The notes: generated from the sequence alone by a model not told the origin. A stretch of DNA of 64,000 bases from an uncultured Eubacteriales bacterium (GCA_902796965.1 CADBRA010000024.1:13706-77705); one strand, 5' to 3'. Shown: positions 49,786 to 58,151, counted from the first letter of the stretch. Program-made: numbers and translations.

Positions 49786-49818
49786 ACCATACACGCAGCT
49801 ATAAGCTGCGTGTATGGT
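49786..49818 (-). terminator. Strong hairpin with a U-rich tail between secF and rel
   Basis: 13-14 bp stem CCATACACGCAGC / GCTGCGTGTATGG with a 5-nt loop. It is followed on the minus strand by AUUCUUUUAAU, and it ends 14 nt before the rel ATG. Confidence 0.6.
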
Positions 49819-49950
49819 CAGCCATTGTCAACAGAATCAGCTTATATGAAAACGATGCCGGGCTTATCTGTTAAGAGTTTCAGCTTTTATAATGCACCAT
49901 CAGACTGTCTCTGCGTCAGCAGAGCTGACGTCAGCCCGATTTTTCTTTTC

Positions 49951-51042
49951 TTAAGCTTCTTTTTCCTTCTTTTTTCGTTCGGCTTCCTGCCGCTTTTCCT
50001 CAGCTTTTCTCTGACGTTCAGCCAGCCTTGCCTGTTTTTCTCTTTCTTTGGCTGCCCTTTCCTTTTCTTTTGCGATTTCTTTCTTTTCTCTCTCTTTCTT
50101 AAGCTTTCTCTCGCGTTTTTCCTTTGCGCGGGCGATGTTCTTTGGAGAATTCTTATCTGTAGCTCTCATAATATCATACCACAGAGATGTCGCTATGAAA
50201 ATCGAAGAACATGTACTTGCAATGACTCCGACGAGAATAGGAACAATAAAGCTCCTGATCGTCGATCCGCATATGATGATCAGCGGAATCATTACACATA
50301 CCGTTGTAAGCGATGTCATTATAGAACGGCCAACAGTCTGTCTGATACTCTCATCGACAGTAGCATCGAGCCCTGCGATACTCTTATTTACCGCTCTGCC
50401 GCCTGTATTTTCTCTGATACGGTCGAATATTACGATCGTATCGTTAATTCCGTAACCGAGTATAGTGAGTACAGCAGCGATAAACGGGCTGTTTATAGTA
50501 ACGTGGAACGCTCCATAGAAACCGATCATGAGCAGTATCGTGTTAGCGAGCGCAAGTATGGCAGCTATGCCGTATTTAATCATGAATCTGATCGCTATAT
50601 AGATCAGCATGAGAATAACGGCAAGAGCCACCGCCTTGGCCGCACTCGTCCTCAAGGTTTTTCCGACGGACGGACCGATATTCTCAACAGACTGAAGAGA
50701 GTCGTCTTTTATGCCGAACTTGTCATTCATCGCATCCTGAAGCGAAGATCTCTTGTCTGTATTAAGAGAATCGCTTGTCTTGATTATGATATCCTCATTG
50801 TTCTGTCCGGCGTACATAACTGTACCGTCAAGATTCTGGTCACTGAGCACATTCTGTACATCACTGATCTTCACCTGTTTGCCCATATCGAATTCAAGGA
50901 GAGTACCTCCTGTAAAGTCTATACCCAGATTCCATCCGCGTATGCAGCCGACTGTTATAGAAACGACGATCAGCAGCACCGTTATAGTGTAGTAAATCTT
51001 ACGATTTTTCATGAAGTGGACATTTTTAAGCATTTCGTACAT
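49951..51042 (-). CDS. secF: Protein translocase subunit SecF with a ~60-aa K/E/R-rich C-terminal tail
   Basis: SecF TM core. The TAATG overlap with the secD stop indicates coupling. The tail reads KEKRERKLKKEREKKEIAKEKERAAKEREK... Confidence 0.92.
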   Translation of the reverse strand: MYEMLKNVHFMKNRKIYYTITVLLIVVSITVGCIRGWNLGIDFTGGTLLEFDMGKQVKISDVQNVLSDQNLDGTVMYAGQNNEDIIIKTSDSLNTDKRSSLQDAMNDKFGIKDDSLQSVENIGPSVGKTLRTSAAKAVALAVILMLIYIAIRFMIKYGIAAILALANTILLMIGFYGAFHVTINSPFIAAVLTILGYGINDTIVIFDRIRENTGGRAVNKSIAGLDATVDESIRQTVGRSIMTSLTTVCVMIPLIIICGSTIRSFIVPILVGVIASTCSSIFIATSLWYDIMRATDKNSPKNIARAKEKRERKLKKEREKKEIAKEKERAAKEREKQARLAERQRKAEEKRQEAERKKKEKEA

Positions 51043-52565
51043 TATTCATCCACCTCCTCTGATGAGCTGTCACCAGACGGAGCACTGTTTTCATCATTTG
51101 CGCCCTCATCTGACGCCGCCTGATCTGCAGCTTTATCGGTCGCCTGACTGTCTCCGGCGTTCTGATCATCTTCAGGCTCATTATTTTTTTTCTTTTTATT
51201 TTTGTTCTCGTTTCCTTTGCTCTTGCCATCATCCGCAGCCGGTCTGCCGATAGCACCATCTCCGGCGGAAGCAGCCTCAGTTTCCAGTTTAGGCATTTTA
51301 ATTCCGAACCAGAAGTTCGTAGCAAAATGTCTGTTTTCTGAAATAAGCAGCAGATAAAGATTTGTGACGAGAGTTGAAGTAAATATACTGAGCAGGGTAC
51401 CTATCATGAGAGTAACTGCAAATCCTCTTACGTCTCCTGATCCGAACTCATATAACGCGACACCGGCAATCAGTGTTGTCACCTGAGAATCGATGATCGT
51501 CATGAGCGCTCTTCTGTATCCCTGTGAAGTTGCAACGCGGATTGTCTTGCCTCTCTTTACTTCTTCTCTTATTCTCGAGAATATGATGACGTTTCCGTCA
51601 ACCGCCATACCTACTGTCAGTATCATACCGGCAATTCCCGGCAGCGTGAGCACTGTTCCGAATGCCACGATCAGCCAGAGATACATAAGCGCATAAGAAG
51701 CGAGAGCTATATCAGCCGCAAGACCCATGATCCTGTAAACAATGAGCATGAGTACAAGAACTATAGCGAAACCGATGACAGCCGCTATCACTGAAGCATT
51801 AAGTGAATCCATGCCGAGCGTAGGTCCTACAATACTCGTCTGTACTTCCTTGAGGTCTACAGGGAGTGCGCCTCCTCTTATGAGCGCTGCGAGATCTGAT
51901 GCATCTTTCTGTGAGAAGTTTTCCTCTATCTGGCATTTGCCTCCGCTGATAACAGTGCTTACAGAAGGATTTGAAATCACCTCGTTATCGAGAACTATGG
52001 CGATGGTATTCGCGTTCATTCCCGTGCTTGAGTCAGCAGTTATTTCGTTGTTCACGATTTTTTTGGTGGCCTCTTCAAAAGCAGTGGCTCCTTCACTGTT
52101 AAACTGAAGAGTTACGACATATCCGGCGCCGTTCTGGTTCATCGCGGTTCCCGCATCAGTCACGTCGCTTCCGTCAAGTATTACATTGCCGTCCGCTGTT
52201 ATGAACGAAAGCTTCGCCGTTCGTCCTATGCTCTCGATAGCTGAATCTGCGTCGTCGGCTCCCGGGAGCTCTACTCTTATCCTTTTGTTTCCTTCTATGG
52301 TAACCACAGGATTTGTGAGGCCGAGTTCGTTTACTCTTCTCTCTATTACAGACTGCGTCTGCTGCATGAGCTGAGAAAGCTCTTCTCCTGTAGCATCCGT
52401 ATCGGCTTCAAGTACTACATATACGCCGCCCTGAAGGTCAAGGCCGAGCTTCATATAGTCTTTAATGTTTCCAACCTTGTTGCCAAGACCGAATATCGTA
52501 ATGTACCAGCCGAATAGAATGCCCAGAAGAACTACGACCGCCACAGTTCTTCTGAAATTCTTCAT
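51042..52565 (-). CDS. secD: Protein translocase subunit SecD with a ~90-aa acidic/low-complexity C-terminal tail
   Basis: SecD periplasmic and TM domains. I prefer the ATG at 52563-52565 (MKNFRRTVAVVVLL), which has GGAAGGAG upstream. The track ORF starts 36 nt earlier. Confidence 0.9.
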   Translation of the reverse strand: MKNFRRTVAVVVLLGILFGWYITIFGLGNKVGNIKDYMKLGLDLQGGVYVVLEADTDATGEELSQLMQQTQSVIERRVNELGLTNPVVTIEGNKRIRVELPGADDADSAIESIGRTAKLSFITADGNVILDGSDVTDAGTAMNQNGAGYVVTLQFNSEGATAFEEATKKIVNNEITADSSTGMNANTIAIVLDNEVISNPSVSTVISGGKCQIEENFSQKDASDLAALIRGGALPVDLKEVQTSIVGPTLGMDSLNASVIAAVIGFAIVLVLMLIVYRIMGLAADIALASYALMYLWLIVAFGTVLTLPGIAGMILTVGMAVDGNVIIFSRIREEVKRGKTIRVATSQGYRRALMTIIDSQVTTLIAGVALYEFGSGDVRGFAVTLMIGTLLSIFTSTLVTNLYLLLISENRHFATNFWFGIKMPKLETEAASAGDGAIGRPAADDGKSKGNENKNKKKKNNEPEDDQNAGDSQATDKAADQAASDEGANDENSAPSGDSSSEEVDE

Positions 52566-52572
52566 GAGTCGG

Positions 52573-53961
52573 TTAAACTCCTTCCTGTAAGTGTTCTGCA
52601 AGATAAGCCTGAATGCCTATCGCGCATTCGAGGCGCTTTCTCTCCATAGCGCATCCTAGACGATACGGCTTCATGATATCGCCGTTCGTATGATATGCAT
52701 TTGCATGACATCCGCCGCTGCAGTAAAAACGCGCCCAGCATTCAGAGCAATCTTTTTTGTTGTAGATATGTGCCTGATTGAACGTATCAAACAGCCTGTT
52801 TTCAAACTTGTCATCAAAGATGTTTCCGAGCAGGAAAAGCTTATTTCCTACAAACTGATGACACGGATATATGTCGCCCTCCGGAGATATCGCTACATAC
52901 TCGGTGCCTGCTCCGCAGCCTGACACTCTCTTTATCACACATGGTCCCTGATTGAGATCTACATTAAAATGAAAGAAACGGAATGGCATGCCATGCATAG
53001 CGTAATCTATATACATATCGGAAAGCCTGTCGTATTCACCGAGTATTGCATCTGTATCGCTGTCACGCAAAGAATAATCAAACTGCTCCGATGTAACGAC
53101 CGGCTCGACGGAAACATTTGCGAATCCCTGATCGAGCAGGTGCTTCACGTCATCCGCGAAATCGAGATTATATCTCGTAAACGTTCCGCGCACATAATAC
53201 TGCCTGTCCTGACGTTTCTTAATGAAGTTCTTATAATTCTTTGTGATGATATCGTATGTGCCTCTGCCGTTCACAGTCTTGCGCATCCGGTCGTTCACTT
53301 CAGGCCGTCCATCTATGCTCAGGATGACATTTACCATGTTTTCATCGATGTAGTCAATTTTTTCCTGATTGAGAAGTACACCGTTTGTAGTTATTGTAAA
53401 CCTGATGTTTTTGCCGTGAATTTTTTCCTGTTCGCGTCCGTATTCAACGAGCTCTTTGACTACATCAAAATTCATCAGAGGCTCGCCTCCGAAGAAATCA
53501 ACCTCGAGATTATGCCTCGAGCCTGAATTCTCTATCAGGAAATCTATCGCTCTCTTTCCCGTCTCAGCTGACATAAGGCATCTGATGCCTTCGAATGCGC
53601 CTTTGTCTCCGAAGCAGTACGCACAGTTCATATTGCAGTCATGAGCAACGTGAAGGCACATCGCCTTGACTACAGGCTGTTTTTCATCGAACAGCTTTCT
53701 GTCAACTTCATCTTCGGTGAAAAGCATCTCCTGTGAAATCAGCTCGTTTATCTCATACAGAGCTTCGTCGATATCCTCTGCTGAATATCTGCCTTCCAGA
53801 GCTTTTCTGACCTGATCATGGCTGTAATCACTGCCGCTGATATAATCGAGAGCATCATAAACGACAGGATCGACAACATGGACTGCTCCGCTGTTAATAT
53901 CCATGACGATGTATTCGTCTCTGAATATATACTTATGTATCAAGCAATTTCCCCTTTCCAA
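52573..53961 (-). CDS. scfB: Radical SAM/SPASM maturase of the SCIFF peptide (ScfB-type)
   Basis: CNMNCAYC radical SAM motif and a Cys-rich C-terminal SPASM region (CGAG...CHQF...CSECWARFYCSGGC). It lies immediately downstream of a SCIFF precursor. Confidence 0.88.
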   Translation of the reverse strand: MERGNCLIHKYIFRDEYIVMDINSGAVHVVDPVVYDALDYISGSDYSHDQVRKALEGRYSAEDIDEALYEINELISQEMLFTEDEVDRKLFDEKQPVVKAMCLHVAHDCNMNCAYCFGDKGAFEGIRCLMSAETGKRAIDFLIENSGSRHNLEVDFFGGEPLMNFDVVKELVEYGREQEKIHGKNIRFTITTNGVLLNQEKIDYIDENMVNVILSIDGRPEVNDRMRKTVNGRGTYDIITKNYKNFIKKRQDRQYYVRGTFTRYNLDFADDVKHLLDQGFANVSVEPVVTSEQFDYSLRDSDTDAILGEYDRLSDMYIDYAMHGMPFRFFHFNVDLNQGPCVIKRVSGCGAGTEYVAISPEGDIYPCHQFVGNKLFLLGNIFDDKFENRLFDTFNQAHIYNKKDCSECWARFYCSGGCHANAYHTNGDIMKPYRLGCAMERKRLECAIGIQAYLAEHLQEGV

Positions 53962-54083
53962 AAAAAGAAGCTGTCAAAAACGCCTGTATACAGCAAAGCA
54001 CAGGCTTACATGCCTGCAAAATACCGTTTATATCAACAGACAAGCGTTTCGGACACCTTCCTAAAAAACGTAGTTATGCCGGA

Positions 54084-54233
54084 CTATCTTCTTTTAATAT
54101 TTTCGCACTGCTGATTTGCTACTGTGCATGAAGTCTTGCATGCTGACTGGCATGAAGTCTGGCACTCGCCGCATCCTGTGCTGCATGCGGCATCTTTAAA
54201 AGCGGGTCTTGCAATAGTCTTGATTTTTTTCAT
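54084..54233 (-). CDS. scfA: SCIFF (six-cysteines-in-forty-five family) ribosomal peptide precursor, 49 aa
   Basis: Not in the ORF track. My translation is MKKIKTIARPAFKDAACSTGCGECQTSCQSACKTSCTVANQQCENIKRR. The GGAGG SD sits 6 nt upstream of the ATG. The core GCGECQTSCQSACKTSCTV matches the SCIFF signature as I remember it. Confidence 0.9.
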   Translation of the reverse strand: MKKIKTIARPAFKDAACSTGCGECQTSCQSACKTSCTVANQQCENIKRR

Positions 54234-54295
54234 GATAACCTCCTTATAAAAATACGCTTTCAAAAAAAGCGTATAAATGCCCGATTAACAAAGGT

Positions 54296-54324
54296 ATTTT
54301 AACCCACTCAATTAAGTGTGTCAA
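54296..54324 (-). promoter_or_regulatory. Candidate sigma-A promoter of scfA (TTGACA-17-TAAAAT)
   Basis: The minus strand reads cTTGACAcacttaattgagtgggtTAAAAT. Confidence 0.6.
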
Positions 54325-54355
54325 GCAACGCACATACCATGACAGGAAATCACAG

Positions 54356-54381
54356 AAAGAAAAAAGACCGCATATGCGGTC
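54356..54381 (-). terminator. Rho-independent terminator after yajC
   Basis: GACCGCA-ta-TGCGGTC, followed on the minus strand by TTTTTTCTTTCT. Confidence 0.75.
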
Positions 54382-54423
54382 TTTGATAAATCCATATTTT
54401 ATATTGAAAAGCCACTTCATCAG

Positions 54424-54855
54424 CTACTTTTCAGCTGGCTCATCATCCTTACGTTTGAGCTTCCTGATCTTGGCAGGTTCTTCTTTCTTCTCTGCTTCTG
54501 CGGCTTCCTTTTCCAATCTGGCTTTTTCTTCTTTTTCAGCTTTTTCAGCAGCCTTTTCAGCTTTTATCGCTCTTGAATCCTTGTTTGTCACTTCAGCGAT
54601 GGCCCACTTCTTGAACTCCATCTTCGTCTTGTCTGTTCCGCAGTAGATCACTACAGAATCATCCTTAACCGCAAGTACTTTGCCGATTATGCCGCCGATG
54701 GTGACAATGCTGTCTCCGACCTGCAGGCTGTTTCTCATTTCCTTTGTCTCTTTATCTTTTTTCCTCTGAGGTCTGACAAGGAACAGCCACATTATGACGA
54801 AGAAAAGTATAAGCGGAAGAAATACTGTTAAAAACGAACTTGTTGATGAACTCAT
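54424..54855 (-). CDS. yajC: Preprotein translocase subunit YajC with a K/E/A-rich C-terminal tail
   Basis: MSSSTSSFLTVFLPLILFFVIMWLFLVRPQRKK, followed by the YajC core (VGDSIVTIGGIIGKV). The longer track ORF reads through the tRNA gene. Confidence 0.88.
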   Translation of the reverse strand: MSSSTSSFLTVFLPLILFFVIMWLFLVRPQRKKDKETKEMRNSLQVGDSIVTIGGIIGKVLAVKDDSVVIYCGTDKTKMEFKKWAIAEVTNKDSRAIKAEKAAEKAEKEEKARLEKEAAEAEKKEEPAKIRKLKRKDDEPAEK

Positions 54856-54895
54856 AAAAAAATATTTACCTCCAGATAACATTGATGGTGCCGGC

Positions 54896-54982
54896 GATCG
54901 GGTTCGAACCGATACGATGTCTCCATCACAGGATTTTGAGTCCCGCACGTCTGCCAATTCCATCACGCCGGCACAAGGTTCT
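54896..54982 (-). tRNA. tRNA-Leu (anticodon CAA), 87 nt with encoded CCA
   Basis: I folded it by hand: acceptor GCCGGCG/CGCCGGC; anticodon stem CGGGA/TCCTG with loop CTCAAAA; long variable arm GATG-GAGA-CATC; T arm ATCGG-TTCGAAC-CCGAT. Confidence 0.9.
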
Positions 54983-54996
54983 TTTTATCTTATCAT

Positions 54997-55025
54997 AAAT
55001 ATAATTTCCTTACAACAAATTAATA
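54997..55025 (-). promoter_or_regulatory. Candidate promoter of tRNA-Leu/yajC (TTGTAA-17-TGaTAAGAT)
   Basis: The minus strand reads TTGTAAggaaattatatttatgaTAAGAT, about 15 nt upstream of the tRNA 5' end. Confidence 0.5.
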
Positions 55026-55035
55026 TTTAAGTACA

Positions 55036-55530
55036 TCACGCTGTGAGATCGGCATATTCAGCTCCCGCAGCACTCAGCAGATCGTCGGGATTCAGCTTTA
55101 TCTGGAGACCGATCTGTCCTCCGCTGACGTAGATTTCATCAAACAGAGCAGCTGTTTCATCCACTGCTGCAGGAAATTTCTTCTTCATTCCGATCGGAGA
55201 GCACCCGCCGTGAACATAGCCTGTCACCCCGAGTAATTCCTTCATCGGCAGCATTTCGAGTTTTTTAACCCCGAAGTGAGCGGCGGCTTTTTTAAGATCG
55301 AGCGTCTCATCTACAGGGATTACACAAACAAAATATTCACCGCGCCTTTCAAAAAGTACCAGCGTTTTGAACACCTGTTCCGGAACCTGTCCGAACATGC
55401 GCGCGAGATCTGACCCACTGGTGAAACCGTCTTTCAGATCGTGAGCGGAGCTCTCGTAATTTATGCCTTCCTCCTCGAGAATTCTCATCGCGTTTGTCTT
55501 TACTGTCTTATGCTTTGATTTTGACGACAT
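55036..55530 (-). CDS. ybaK: Cys-tRNA(Pro)/Cys-tRNA(Cys) deacylase YbaK
   Basis: 164 aa with a YbaK/EbsC-like sequence (TNAMRILE..., GGCSPIG). Confidence 0.85.
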   Translation of the reverse strand: MSSKSKHKTVKTNAMRILEEEGINYESSAHDLKDGFTSGSDLARMFGQVPEQVFKTLVLFERRGEYFVCVIPVDETLDLKKAAAHFGVKKLEMLPMKELLGVTGYVHGGCSPIGMKKKFPAAVDETAALFDEIYVSGGQIGLQIKLNPDDLLSAAGAEYADLTA

Positions 55531-55556
55531 TCTGTTCTTCTCCCTCTGCTGTCCTT

Positions 55557-56300
55557 TCAGCGCTCCCCGGCTCTGCTCTTCTCAGATTCTTCATCCTTTT
55601 CTGCTGTGAATTTGGCAATCTCCTGAACCTTCATCCTGTCGATCTCATCGCGCAGCTTCATCATTCTCATGTCTGTATCCGCTATGGTATCTGCACAGTG
55701 TCTCAGTTCGTTCTGGACAGCTTCGACATTCGGCACTACTTTTTTGTATTTCAGATCATGCTCAAGGCTCGCCCAGAAATCCATTGCAATGGTTCTGATC
55801 TGGACTTCGACAGGCATATTCTTTTTGCCATCTGAGAAAAATACTGGTATTCTGATTATCAGATGAAGACTCCTGTATCCGTTAGGCTTCGGATTTTTAA
55901 TGTAGTCTTTTGTTATCACAAGCTCAACGTCATCCTGTTCGATGAGCATGTCAGCGACGGAATATATATCGTCTACGAACGAACATATCACTCTTACGCC
56001 GGCAATGTCATAAAGATTTTTTTCAGCTGATTCCAAAGTAACAGGCAGATTTCTCCTGTGCAATTTCTGCATTATGCTTTTCGGAGATTTTACTCTCGAC
56101 GTTATGAATTCTATAGGGTTCCTCTGGTTCTGCGCAGAGAATTCGTCGCTCAGCACTTCAAGTTTCGTCTTTACTTCGCGAATCGCACAGTTATACTGCA
56201 TCAGCATTGATCTCAGAGATTCAGCAGCACCGAATATTTGGCTGCTTGTATCTTCAGGCAGATTTGTTAAATTGATAACTTCCTTTTGTGTAGTATCCAT
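55557..56300 (-). CDS. Small alarmone synthetase (RelQ/RelP-type GTP pyrophosphokinase)
   Basis: A single RelA_SpoT synthetase domain (DIAGVRVI, GYRSLHLII, VEVQIRT). Length 247 aa. Confidence 0.88.
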   Translation of the reverse strand: MDTTQKEVINLTNLPEDTSSQIFGAAESLRSMLMQYNCAIREVKTKLEVLSDEFSAQNQRNPIEFITSRVKSPKSIMQKLHRRNLPVTLESAEKNLYDIAGVRVICSFVDDIYSVADMLIEQDDVELVITKDYIKNPKPNGYRSLHLIIRIPVFFSDGKKNMPVEVQIRTIAMDFWASLEHDLKYKKVVPNVEAVQNELRHCADTIADTDMRMMKLRDEIDRMKVQEIAKFTAEKDEESEKSRAGER

Positions 56301-56368
56301 TTCTCAAATTCTCCTTTTCAAAAATGCGGCAGACCGATCTGCAGCCGTTCCGCTCCGCTGCGCACCTG

Positions 56369-57619
56369 TTATCCGCGTATCAGCTTTTGAAGATCAATAT
56401 CATTTCTTCCTATGAGTGCTCCCGAGTACTGGTTTATGTCTGTTATGATCCGGCTCACCCTTTTTATATCGTCCATCGTGACCGCATCGATTTTCTCAAT
56501 AGCTTCTTCCTGGGTCAGCAGGCTGTTCCTTAGAAGGGCCCTCTTTCCGTTCGCGACCATCCTGCTGCTCGTATTTTCCAGCCCGAAAATATACGAGCTT
56601 TTGATCTGCTGTTTCGAAGTCTCAAGTTCTTCGTCAGTGATGCCGTCTTTCGCGAGCTTTTCGAGCTCCTCTCTTATCGCCTTTATGGTGTCTTCGACTT
56701 TGTCGTGAGCGACGCCGGCGCTGATCGCATAAAATCCTGTAGTATCATGAGGCTGATTGAACGAATAGACAGTGTACGCCAGACCCTTTTGTTCTCTAAC
56801 GCTCTGGAAAAGCCTTGAACTCATGCTCCCGCCCATCACATTGTTGAGAAGAGTCAGAGCAAATGAATCATCATCAGCGTACTTCAGGCTCCTGCACCCG
56901 ATGATGAGATGCGACTGTTCTATATCTTTGACAACTGTTTTGAAATGAGGCTTATAAGCTGAAGGAACGCGATCCCTGACCGGCTTAACTGCTGTAAATG
57001 ACGAAAGGCGTTCCTCGAACTGTTCACATATCTGCTTTTCATCGAAATTGCCAGCTACAGAAACGACGATGTTATCTAACGCATATTCCCTGTTTATATA
57101 ATTTACAATATCGTCATGAGTAATAGCAGAAAGGCTCTCAGAAGTTCCGAGTATCGGGCGTTCAAGAGGCTCGCCGGCGAATATCTGTTCATAAAAAAGG
57201 TCCTGAACAGCATCCTCCGGATTGTCCTGAACCATCTTCATCTCTTCCATGACGACTTTTTTCTCCTTCTCCATTTCCTCCGGAGCGAACTGAGAATCGG
57301 TCATCATCTCGAGCAGTATGTCGGCCACCTTGTCGACATTCGACGAAAGTGACTTAGCGTAATAGCATGTGTTTTCCTTTGCAGTAAACGCGTTTGTCTG
57401 AGCTCCGAGCGCGTCGGTGTCCTTTGCGAGCTGAAGTGCCGATCTGGACGACGTTCCCTTGAACATCATGTGCTCTATAAAATGAGAAATGCCGCTCTCT
57501 TTCTTTCTCTCGTCAACACATCCTGCCTTGACCCAGATGCCTGTAGTAACAGATTCAACATAAGGTATTTCTTCGAGAGCGAGCCTTAGGCCGCATTTCA
57601 GTTTAACTATCTTGCCCAT
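56369..57619 (-). CDS. M16-family zinc peptidase (pitrilysin/insulinase-like)
   Basis: Inverted zinc motif HFIEH in GISHFIEHMMFKG. Length 416 aa. Confidence 0.88.
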   Translation of the reverse strand: MGKIVKLKCGLRLALEEIPYVESVTTGIWVKAGCVDERKKESGISHFIEHMMFKGTSSRSALQLAKDTDALGAQTNAFTAKENTCYYAKSLSSNVDKVADILLEMMTDSQFAPEEMEKEKKVVMEEMKMVQDNPEDAVQDLFYEQIFAGEPLERPILGTSESLSAITHDDIVNYINREYALDNIVVSVAGNFDEKQICEQFEERLSSFTAVKPVRDRVPSAYKPHFKTVVKDIEQSHLIIGCRSLKYADDDSFALTLLNNVMGGSMSSRLFQSVREQKGLAYTVYSFNQPHDTTGFYAISAGVAHDKVEDTIKAIREELEKLAKDGITDEELETSKQQIKSSYIFGLENTSSRMVANGKRALLRNSLLTQEEAIEKIDAVTMDDIKRVSRIITDINQYSGALIGRNDIDLQKLIRG

Positions 57620-58151
57620 TAAAAATTGTTCCCTTCTTAATATATAAATTTATTTATTATTTTAAAATATGCATCCTTCGCCGGCTCCGCCGGCATAAGA
57701 CGCTCCTTAATTCCGGCAGCCGCCCGCCCATGTTCAGCATCATAAGCACTGTGCTGAAGCAAAGTCCGGGCGCACCTGCACGCACCATAATAATATACCC
57801 GCCGCAGCGCATGTGCAAAACAATGATACTGACAAAACAGAATGTTCTATTCTTGCTTAAGATATATCTGAAGTTCCTGTCATCTTCCAGATTTTTCGTC
57901 CGCGAACAGCGTGACTGATCCGATCCATTTTAATTTTACTCAAAACTGACGCTGCTTTGCTCAAGCCAGTGAAAATTTCAGCGTTCTTTAAGAATATTAA
58001 TCAAAAAGTGCTCAGTCGTAAACCTGACAAAATCATACGCAGTTCCATCATGTAATCAGACCGCACATAAAGATCTTCGGCTGTTGTTTCATTTTCGCTG
58101 CCGAAAATGCACTTTACTAAATGAACAAATAATCTTTTCCGTAATTTTATC

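Noticed and set aside
49810-51123. 437-aa plus-strand ORF, the longest ORF on the plus strand
   Set aside because: It is entirely antisense to secF/secD. Its product is low-complexity and rich in F, S, L and C. It stays open because the K/E codon runs of the SecF/SecD tails give stop-free TTC/CTT/TTT on the opposite strand. It has no SD.
54856-54966. N-terminal 37 codons of the 180-aa track ORF (MMELADVRDSKSCDGDIVSVRTRSPAP...)
   Set aside because: This stretch is the translation of the tRNA-Leu(CAA) gene. YajC starts at the ATG at 54855, which has its own SD.
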